Origin: an uncultured Erysipelotrichaceae bacterium | Lineage (GTDB): Bacteria > Bacillota_I > Bacilli_A > Erysipelotrichales > Erysipelotrichaceae | NCBI GenBank assembly: GCA_964457525.1 | Contig: CAYWGS010000011.1 | Span: 1-26,962, forward strand | Length of the DNA: 26,962 bases | Direction: 5' to 3' | Shown here: positions 8,752 to 15,397 of the stretch, in pieces | How the letters are laid out: the number at the start of each line of letters is the position of its first letter | Position numbering within the stretch: the stretch's first letter is position 1 | Translations under genes and position numbers: made by a program | Notes under the pieces: model-generated | Told to the model about the DNA's origin: nothing | Databases searched by the model: none | The model's input: only the letters and a program-made list of their open reading frames with translations

Positions 8752-8772
8752 ACCCTTTATGGAGAAACAATA

Positions 8773-10077
8773 ATGGATATTTCAATGAAAAAGATTACTG
8801 CAAGTGAAGCAGTCAAAAAAGTTAAAAGTGGAATGATGATTGTTACAGGTTTAGGTTGTGCTGAAGGACGTGATTTCTTAAGTCAACTTCATACAATTGC
8901 AGATGAGGTAAGTGGGGTTACAGTTACAAATTGTTTGCCGATGTCTGATCCTGAGTTCATTAAGAAAGAATATAAAAATTCGTTCTATGTGGATGGTTGG
9001 TTTTATTCCCCTGCTTTGCGTAAAGCACATCAAAATGGAAATATATCCTTTATTCCGAATCATTTACATCTAGCTGGAACAAAGCGTTTAGCGCATGTTC
9101 ACACAGATATATATGTCGGTGCTTGTTCAATGCCAGACAAACATGGATATGTTTCTTTATCCTTAAGTAATACGTATGAAAAACGTGTCATTGAAGAAGC
9201 AGATTTAGTTATATTAGAAATTAACCCTAATATGCCATATACCTATGGAGATGTAGAACTTCATCTAAGTGAAGTTGACTATGTCATCGAATCCAATTAC
9301 TTACCTGCTGAATTGCCTGATACAGAACCAAATGAGAAAGATATTGCGATTGGAAATAGTATCGCAAGTCAAATCAATGATGGAGATACCATCCAACTCG
9401 GTATTGGAGGTATTCCAAATGCAGTCGCATCCGCATTAAAGAATAAAAAAGACTTAGGTGTACATACGGAAATGCTAACAACAGGTCTTATGAAGTTAGC
9501 GAAACTCGGTGTTGTGACAAATAAACGTAAAACTTTACACAAAGGTAAAATGGTTTGTACCTTTGCGATGGGGACGAAAGAACTCTATGAATACATTGAT
9601 CACAACCCAGGTGTTGCGGTTCTTGATGGAGCTTATACCAATGATCCTCATATTATCGGATTAAACGATAATATGGTCTCTATTAACACAACCTTAGAAA
9701 TTGACCTAACTGGACAATGTTGTTCAGAATCCATTGGTTCTACGCAGTTTAGTGGATCTGGTGGACAAGTTGATACCGCTGTTGGGGCACAAAATGCGAA
9801 GAATGGCCGTTCATTTATCGCTCTATATTCAACGGCAATGGTTAAAAATCCTGTAACAGGAGAGCGTGAAGAGATTTCTAAGATTGTTCCTCAATTAAAA
9901 CAAGGAGCGGTTGTTACTTTAAGTCGTAATGATGTGAACTATGTTGTTACGGAATATGGAATGGTAAACCTAAAAGGTACGAACGTTCGTGAACGTGTTA
10001 AACTACTCATTTCCATTGCTCATCCTAAGTTTAGAGATGAACTTCTTGAACAAGCTAAGGCGTTAGGTATTATCTAA
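8773..10077 (+). CDS. acetyl-CoA hydrolase/transferase family protein (4-hydroxybutyrate / butyryl-CoA:acetate CoA-transferase-like), 434 aa
   Basis: Size and motifs fit the family: QLGIGGIPNAV, VHTEMLTTG (candidate catalytic Glu region) and SGSGGQVD. SD GGAGA lies 7 nt upstream. Confidence 0.85.
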   Translation: MDISMKKITASEAVKKVKSGMMIVTGLGCAEGRDFLSQLHTIADEVSGVTVTNCLPMSDPEFIKKEYKNSFYVDGWFYSPALRKAHQNGNISFIPNHLHLAGTKRLAHVHTDIYVGACSMPDKHGYVSLSLSNTYEKRVIEEADLVILEINPNMPYTYGDVELHLSEVDYVIESNYLPAELPDTEPNEKDIAIGNSIASQINDGDTIQLGIGGIPNAVASALKNKKDLGVHTEMLTTGLMKLAKLGVVTNKRKTLHKGKMVCTFAMGTKELYEYIDHNPGVAVLDGAYTNDPHIIGLNDNMVSINTTLEIDLTGQCCSESIGSTQFSGSGGQVDTAVGAQNAKNGRSFIALYSTAMVKNPVTGEREEISKIVPQLKQGAVVTLSRNDVNYVVTEYGMVNLKGTNVRERVKLLISIAHPKFRDELLEQAKALGII

Positions 10078-10892
10078 TGGCAACCCTAGAATTTCAGGAT
10101 TATTCGATTTACTATGAAGTTTATGGTAAAGGGAAACCACTTTTAATCCTAAATGGTATTATGATGTCAACCGCTAGTTGGCAAATGTTTATTGCTAGTT
10201 TTAGTCAAAAGAATCAATTGATACTTGTTGATATGTTAGATCAAGGTCAATCTTCTAAGTTAGAAGGAATGGAATATACACAAGATTTACAAGTTGAAGT
10301 TGTTAAGACGGTTATTGAAAAACTTAATCTTAAAGATGTGGCATTGTTTGGAATTTCATATGGAGGAGAAGTTGCGATTAAGTTTGCGATTAAATATCCT
10401 CATTTAGTTGAGAGATGTTTGCTCTTTAATACAACAAGTTATACCAACCATTGGCTTCAAGAGATTGGGAATGCATGGAATCTTGCAAGTACCAATGCGG
10501 AACAATACTATGGCACAACCATTCCTGTTATTTACTCTTCTTACTTCTATGAATCGAAGATTAAATGGATGAATGATCGTAAGAAGATTTTATTAAATGT
10601 ATTTTCGAATCCAGTCTTTCAACGTGCCATGGTACGTTTAACCAATAGTGCTAATTCTCTTGATGAAAGAGCAAATCTACATAAGATTAAATGCCCATGT
10701 TTAATTGTTGGTTGTGATGAGGATGCGATAACACCGCTATCACACCAAAAATATTTACACGAGAATATTAAGAACTCGAGTTTAGTGATTGTTCCAGGCT
10801 CAGGACATGCGTCTATGTATGAGAAACCAATGTTATTTAGTTCACTTGTTTTAGGATTTGTACATTCGTTGATTATACCGGATGTGGTATAA
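10077..10892 (+). CDS. alpha/beta-fold serine hydrolase, 271 aa
   Basis: Nucleophile elbow GISYGG, acid region GCDEDAITP, histidine GSGHAS. TAATG overlap with the CoA-transferase stop. Confidence 0.85.
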   Translation: MATLEFQDYSIYYEVYGKGKPLLILNGIMMSTASWQMFIASFSQKNQLILVDMLDQGQSSKLEGMEYTQDLQVEVVKTVIEKLNLKDVALFGISYGGEVAIKFAIKYPHLVERCLLFNTTSYTNHWLQEIGNAWNLASTNAEQYYGTTIPVIYSSYFYESKIKWMNDRKKILLNVFSNPVFQRAMVRLTNSANSLDERANLHKIKCPCLIVGCDEDAITPLSHQKYLHENIKNSSLVIVPGSGHASMYEKPMLFSSLVLGFVHSLIIPDVV

Positions 10893-10915
10893 TTGAAACG
10901 ATTTGAGGGAAAATT

Positions 10916-11506
10916 GTGAACACTCTTGTAAACCAACCAAAAACGAAACGTGGTCAAGTAACACTCGATAGAATATGTGTTGCGGCTGAGCAATTATTTT
11001 TTAAGAAGGGCTATCATGGAACATCGATCAATGATATCACTTATAAAGCAAAGGTTGCGCCTGGTACATTTTATATATACTTTACGGATAAGTTAAGTTT
11101 ATATAAGTATCTACTTATTTCATATAGTCACCAAATTCGTATGAATATTGCGAAGGATGTGAAGGATTGTAAGACGCGTAAAGAAGTTGAACGACTTGGT
11201 CTTAAGAGTTTCTTAGTCTTTATTAAAAACAATCGACATGTGTACAATATTATTTGGGAATCATTGTACATTGATAAAAAACTGTTTATAGAGTATTATA
11301 CGGATTTCGCAGCGAACTACGTTAAACACATCAATGAGGCACAAGATAGAGGTGAAATGAAGAAACATGATCCTGAAGTTGTGGCTTATATCTTAATGGG
11401 TATATCAAACTTTATTGGTTTAAACTGGATTATGTTTAAAGAAACTGAAGAGTTTGATGTTGTTGTGGATAAAGTTATTGCGGCATTAGATGAAGGATTA
11501 TTTTAA
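10916..11506 (+). CDS. TetR/AcrR-family transcriptional regulator, 196 aa
   Basis: GTG start with SD GAGGGA 5 nt upstream. N-terminal HTH (AAEQLFFKKGYHGTSINDITYKAKVAPGTFYIYF). It is the last gene of the operon. Confidence 0.9.
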   Translation: MNTLVNQPKTKRGQVTLDRICVAAEQLFFKKGYHGTSINDITYKAKVAPGTFYIYFTDKLSLYKYLLISYSHQIRMNIAKDVKDCKTRKEVERLGLKSFLVFIKNNRHVYNIIWESLYIDKKLFIEYYTDFAANYVKHINEAQDRGEMKKHDPEVVAYILMGISNFIGLNWIMFKETEEFDVVVDKVIAALDEGLF

Positions 11507-11530
11507 AGGTGTTTAACACCTTTTTATTTT
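11505..11530 (+). terminator. intrinsic terminator of the 11-gene operon
   Basis: AAAGGTGT-TTA-ACACCTTT stem followed by the T-rich tract TTATTTTGTTTTT. It starts inside the TetR stop codon. Confidence 0.75.
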
Positions 11531-11560
11531 GTTTTTATGCTTTTGTATTATAATAGAGAT

Positions 11561-12130
11561 ATGCAAAAACACACTATCTTGGCTAGCCAAAGTCCACGTC
11601 GTAGAGAACTTCTTAATTTAATGGGAATCCCATTTACGACTGTGAATCCAAATGTGGATGAAGTAATTAATCCAGAACTAACACTTGAAAACGCAATCGA
11701 GGAATTAGCGTATAAGAAAGCATTAGATGTTTTAAATCGTCATCCAGAGGCAAATATTATTTCAGCAGATACAATCGTCGTTTGTGATAATGAGGTAATG
11801 GGGAAACCAGCAAATGAAGAAGACGCAATTCGTATGCTTAAGCAGTTATCCGGAAAGAAACATGAAGTTATAACAGGAGTATGTTTATTAAGTACTGAGA
11901 AGGAATTAAGATTTCATACAAAGACAATCGTTGAGTTCTTTGATTATGATGATGAGTTTGTAAAAGCGTATGTCGCATCTAAAGTGCCACTTGATAAAGC
12001 AGGTGCGTATGGTATTCAGGACAAAGGTGCACTACTGATTAAAGGTATCGAAGGTGATTATTATACCGTTATGGGTTTACCGATTGGAGAGTTGTATCAA
12101 GCACTTAAGAAGTTTCATGAAGTGGATTAA
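11561..12130 (+). CDS. maf: Maf-like nucleoside triphosphate pyrophosphatase / septum formation protein, 189 aa
   Basis: MQKHTILASQSPRRRELL... and AGAYGIQ are Maf hallmarks. The ORF-track ATG at 11537 lies in the terminator T-tract, so ATG 11561 is preferred. Confidence 0.9.
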   Translation: MQKHTILASQSPRRRELLNLMGIPFTTVNPNVDEVINPELTLENAIEELAYKKALDVLNRHPEANIISADTIVVCDNEVMGKPANEEDAIRMLKQLSGKKHEVITGVCLLSTEKELRFHTKTIVEFFDYDDEFVKAYVASKVPLDKAGAYGIQDKGALLIKGIEGDYYTVMGLPIGELYQALKKFHEVD

Positions 12131-12168
12131 TCTTTCTTGTTAAAAAACTCTATTTTATGCCAAAATTC

Positions 12169-12197
12169 TTGCAATATTGAACTTTTTTCAGTATTAT
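12169..12197 (+). promoter_or_regulatory. sigma-A promoter of the tRNA gene
   Basis: TTGCAA at 12169-12174, 17-nt spacer, TATTAT at 12192-12197. The tRNA 5-prime end is 14 nt downstream. Confidence 0.6.
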
Positions 12198-12210
12198 AGA
12201 AAGGCATAAC

Positions 12211-12284
12211 GCCATCATAGTTCAATGGTAAAATAGAGCAATGGTAATGCTCAGCTCCGAGTTCGATTCTCGGTGATGGCACCA
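12211..12284 (+). tRNA. tRNA-Thr (anticodon GGU), CCA encoded
   Basis: Folded by hand. Acceptor stem GCCATCA/TGATGGC, anticodon stem GAGCA/TGCTC with loop ATGGTAA (GGT), T-arm CCGAG-TTCGATT-CTCGG, discriminator A plus CCA. The D-stem is weak (3 bp including G-U). Confidence 0.85.
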
Positions 12285-12294
12285 GTTCAATAAT

Positions 12295-12327
12295 AAAACC
12301 GATTTGATTAACAGATCGGTTTTTTTG
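12295..12327. terminator. bidirectional intrinsic terminator (tRNA on +, lipoprotein gene on -)
   Basis: AAACCGAT...ATCGGTTT stem flanked by an A-run on the 5-prime side and TTTTTT (12321-12326) on the 3-prime side. Confidence 0.75.
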
Positions 12328-12891
12328 TTATTCTAATTCAGTTTTCTTACCTAATTTTATCACCTCATGAAATCTAAAATTAGAATCATCCATTAACTTT
12401 GAGTAGGATAGTGTATTATTACTCATACTCGATTCTGATAGTCCATAATAACTTAGTATTTGGTTAAGAGTATGTGTATCAATGGATTGATTAAAATCAA
12501 TAATGACTGTAACAGAATAACCAATATCCGTATTTTGAGCATACTTTGGATCGATGATATCATCTTCTACTTGTACTGAGATTGCATAACCATCCTTTGG
12601 ACTTAAATCAATAAAGTTGATGGTATCTGATGTTAGGTAAATATTTTCTAAATTCTGAAAGAATTCTAGATCTCGGTAATATTCTTCCAATAGAAGTTCT
12701 CGATTACCATACTCAATACTACTCTTTAATTCTCTTAATCCTATTTTAGTAATCTTATCTTCATTTAGTACGAACTTAATAACCCGATCATTCTCATTTT
12801 GATAGACAATCTGTTTTGTGTAATTTAATTGGCACGAACTTAAAACAAGAGTTAGTATAGAAACTATTATGAATTGATATCTATGTTTCAT
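12328..12891 (-). CDS. hypothetical lipoprotein, 187 aa
   Basis: Internal ATG at 12891 is preceded by GGGGGA. The signal peptide MKHRYQFIIVSILTLVLSSC carries lipobox LSSC (Cys20). The 39-codon upstream extension in the ORF track has no SD and disrupts the signal peptide. Confidence 0.75.
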   Translation of the reverse strand: MKHRYQFIIVSILTLVLSSCQLNYTKQIVYQNENDRVIKFVLNEDKITKIGLRELKSSIEYGNRELLLEEYYRDLEFFQNLENIYLTSDTINFIDLSPKDGYAISVQVEDDIIDPKYAQNTDIGYSVTVIIDFNQSIDTHTLNQILSYYGLSESSMSNNTLSYSKLMDDSNFRFHEVIKLGKKTELE

Positions 12892-13021
12892 GTATCCCCC
12901 ATGTAATTCATATTTTATAGGAAATGAATAGGATTTTCTATTATGATTCAAACAAATCAAAAAATAGACGAGACAACTATTTGAGTCTGGATTATTTAGT
13001 TTGTACATTGACTCTCAAGTG

Positions 13022-13050
13022 TTGAGGGGATTGCGTAAAAAAGATATAAT
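13022..13050 (+). promoter_or_regulatory. sigma-A promoter of the nucleotidyltransferase-ADH pair
   Basis: TTGAGG at 13022-13027, 17-nt spacer, TATAAT at 13045-13050. Confidence 0.55.
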
Positions 13051-13073
13051 TGAATCAGCGAGGAATTAAAAAA

Positions 13074-13988
13074 ATGAATCAAGTAAGTTTAGTAATTTTA
13101 GCGGCTGGTATGGGTAGCCGTTATGGTGGTTTGAAGCAAATTGATACCGTTGGGAATAATGGCGAAAGTATCATTGACTTTACGATTTATGATGCGATTA
13201 AGGCTGGGTTTAAGAAAGTCTACTTAATCATCCGAAGAGAACATGAAGCTGCATTCGAAGAATCGTTAGTTAAGCGTGTTCGTCCGTTTGTAGAAGTAGA
13301 ATATGTGTTCCAAGATAAGGATGATTTGCCTGAAGGATTTAAATGTCCTGTGGGTCGTGAAAAACCTTGGGGAACAACGCATGCCTTATTGGCTTGTCGT
13401 CACCAGGTTAAAGAACCATTTATGATTTGTAATGCGGATGATTATTATGGTAAGGATGCATTCACAAGCATGTATGATTTCTTAACTCAATCTGTTGATG
13501 ATCAAAACTATTCGATGGTGGGTTATCGTTTGCGTAATACCTTATCTGATTCAGGAACGGTATCCCGTGGGGTATGTCAAATTGAAGATGGTAAGTTAAA
13601 AGATGTGGTTGAAATTGCGAAGATTAAACGTGATGGGGATCAAATTGTATACTTAACTAAGAATGAAACATGGGAAGCATTACCGTATGAAAGTTTAGTT
13701 TCCATGAATTTCTGGGGATTTACACCTAAGGTTTTTGAATTAGCAGAGAAACAATTTATTGAGTTTTTACATCGTGAGTTAGAAGGAAACCCAATGAAGT
13801 GTGAACATGTTATTCCAACGATGATTGGGGAAACCTTGAGTAAAGGTTTATATACTTTACATGCTTTATCGTCTGAGAACACATGGTTTGGTGTTACTTA
13901 TCAAGAAGATAAACCGTATGTTGTTAATCAGTTTAAACAATTTAAAGAAAATGGTGTTTATCCATTTAACTTATGGGAGGTTAAATAA
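13074..13988 (+). CDS. NTP-transferase-fold (sugar-phosphate nucleotidyltransferase family) protein, 304 aa
   Basis: N-terminal LVILAAGMGSRYGGLKQ (G-x-G-S-R signature), KPWGTTHA and ICNADDYYG. ATG 13074 has GAGGA upstream. The ORF-track TTG at 13050 overlaps the -10 box. Confidence 0.75.
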   Translation: MNQVSLVILAAGMGSRYGGLKQIDTVGNNGESIIDFTIYDAIKAGFKKVYLIIRREHEAAFEESLVKRVRPFVEVEYVFQDKDDLPEGFKCPVGREKPWGTTHALLACRHQVKEPFMICNADDYYGKDAFTSMYDFLTQSVDDQNYSMVGYRLRNTLSDSGTVSRGVCQIEDGKLKDVVEIAKIKRDGDQIVYLTKNETWEALPYESLVSMNFWGFTPKVFELAEKQFIEFLHRELEGNPMKCEHVIPTMIGETLSKGLYTLHALSSENTWFGVTYQEDKPYVVNQFKQFKENGVYPFNLWEVK

Positions 13989-15166
13989 TGAATAATTTTA
14001 CTTTTTATAATCCAGCTCGTATTGTGTTTGGTAAGGATACTGAACTTAAAGCGGGTTCGCTTATTAAAGAGTATGGAACACGTGTTCTCGTTCATTTTGG
14101 TGGTCACAGTGCTAAGGCATCTGGTTTACTCGATCGAGTGATTGATTCGTTACACAAAGAAGGCATTACTGTATTTGAATTAGGTGGAGTTAAACCGAAT
14201 CCAAGATACTCACTTGTAAAAGAGGGGATTGAGCTTTGTAAGAAAGAGAACATCCAAGCCATCTTAGCTGTGGGTGGTGGTAGTGTTATCGATAGTGCAA
14301 AAGCCATTGCGTTTGGTGCACTGATTGATGAAGATGTTTGGGATTACTACTTATATGGAAAAGCGATTAAAGATATTCTTCCACTTGGGGTTATTTTAAC
14401 GATACCTGCGGCAGGTAGTGAATCTTCCACAAGTACCGTATTAACGCATGATGAAACCTTGATTAAGCGTGGATTGGGATCTCCATTATTTATTCCTAAG
14501 TTTGCGATTATTAATCCTGAACTTCATTACAGTTTACCTAAGTTTCAAACAGCATGCGGTATCGTTGATATGAGTGCTCACTTAATTGAACGTTACTTCA
14601 CTCAAACTGAACACAATGATTTAACCGATCGTTTAATTGAAGCAAACTTAAAATCTATTATTGCGAATGCATTACCTGTACTTGAAAATCCAACGGACTA
14701 TAATGCACGTGCTGAAATTGCGTTCTGTGGTACGCTTGCACATAACGGATTATTTGGTGTAGGTAGAGTGGGTGATTGGGCAAGTCATTCGATTGAACAT
14801 GAACTTTCAGCGAAGTTTGATATTGCGCATGGAGCAGGACTCGCCATGATTATTCCTTGGTGGATGCGTCATGTTTATCAAGAAGGAACACATAAGTTTG
14901 TTCAATTTGCTCAACGTGTGTTTGATGTTCAATTAGATACACGTTATCCAGAACTCATCGCATTAGAAGGTATCCGTCGTTTAGAGTTGTTCTATCAATC
15001 ACTAGGTTTAGAAACAACCACTACAGGATTACCAATTGATGAAGCAGTGATTGAAGAAATGACTGAGAAGATATTTGTGGCTCGTGATAGTCAAACCTTA
15101 GGTTTCTTTAAACCTTTAACAAGAGAAGATATAAAAGCGATTTATCGAAGTGCGAACCAAAAATAA
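13988..15166 (+). CDS. iron-containing alcohol dehydrogenase (butanol dehydrogenase / YqhD-like), 392 aa
   Basis: MNNFTFYNPARIVFGKD N-terminus, GGGSVIDSAK, metal-binding His cluster HSIEHELSAKFDIAHGAGLA. TAATG overlap with the upstream stop. Confidence 0.9.
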   Translation: MNNFTFYNPARIVFGKDTELKAGSLIKEYGTRVLVHFGGHSAKASGLLDRVIDSLHKEGITVFELGGVKPNPRYSLVKEGIELCKKENIQAILAVGGGSVIDSAKAIAFGALIDEDVWDYYLYGKAIKDILPLGVILTIPAAGSESSTSTVLTHDETLIKRGLGSPLFIPKFAIINPELHYSLPKFQTACGIVDMSAHLIERYFTQTEHNDLTDRLIEANLKSIIANALPVLENPTDYNARAEIAFCGTLAHNGLFGVGRVGDWASHSIEHELSAKFDIAHGAGLAMIIPWWMRHVYQEGTHKFVQFAQRVFDVQLDTRYPELIALEGIRRLELFYQSLGLETTTTGLPIDEAVIEEMTEKIFVARDSQTLGFFKPLTREDIKAIYRSANQK

Positions 15167-15186
15167 AAGATGGGCAACCATCTTTT
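15166..15186. terminator. bidirectional terminator shared by the ADH gene (+) and the TraB-micropeptide operon (-)
   Basis: AAAGATGG-GCAA-CCATCTTT. On the minus strand it is followed by TTTTATTTTTGG (good U-tract). On the plus strand only TTTT follows. Confidence 0.65.
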
Positions 15187-15289
15187 ACTTTGACTTATTT
15201 TGATTTAACACAATAACCATCACAACAATAAGCGCACCTGTAAATACAGCCAAACCAATAAATAGTAGATAACTAAGAGAAAAGATCAT
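15185..15289 (-). CDS. unannotated hydrophobic micropeptide, 34 aa (MIFSLSYLLFIGLAVFTGALIVVMVIVLNQNKSK)
   Basis: Hand-translated codon by codon. ATG at 15289 is preceded by AAGGAGGT (15293-15300) and the TAA stop is at 15185-15187, abutting the terminator. One predicted TM helix plus a basic C-terminal tail. Below the ORF-track size cutoff. Confidence 0.6.
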   Translation of the reverse strand: MIFSLSYLLFIGLAVFTGALIVVMVIVLNQNKSK

Positions 15290-15301
15290 TATACCTCCTT
15301 A

Positions 15302-15388
15302 TTATTTAGGGCTAGAAACTGCCACAATGATAACAATCAAGAGTATGATTATAACTAAACCACCTAAACCCAATAACATGATTGACAT
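15302..15388 (-). CDS. unannotated hydrophobic micropeptide, 28 aa (MSIMLLGLGGLVIIILLIVIIVAVSSPK)
   Basis: Hand-translated. ATG at 15388 has AAGGAG 5 nt upstream, and that SD overlaps the TraB stop codon (TAAGGAG). The TAA stop is at 15302-15304. One predicted TM helix. An alternative start is Met4. Confidence 0.55.
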   Translation of the reverse strand: MSIMLLGLGGLVIIILLIVIIVAVSSPK

Positions 15389-15397
15389 AGAAACTCC

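Noticed and set aside
12892-13008. 39-codon N-terminal extension of the minus-strand lipoprotein ORF, and a 33-codon plus-strand ORF in the same intergenic region
   Set aside because: The extension lacks an SD and would bury the signal peptide and lipobox, whereas the internal ATG at 12891 has a GGGGGA SD. The plus-strand ORF has its AGGAA directly abutting the ATG, which leaves no functional spacing.
15185-15388. Type I toxin-antitoxin interpretation of the two hydrophobic micropeptides
   Set aside because: The size and hydrophobicity fit type I toxins. However, the ORFs are tightly operonic behind the TraB-family gene, they share its terminator, and I see no independent promoter or convergent antisense RNA promoter. 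It is kept only as an alternative within the micropeptide finding.
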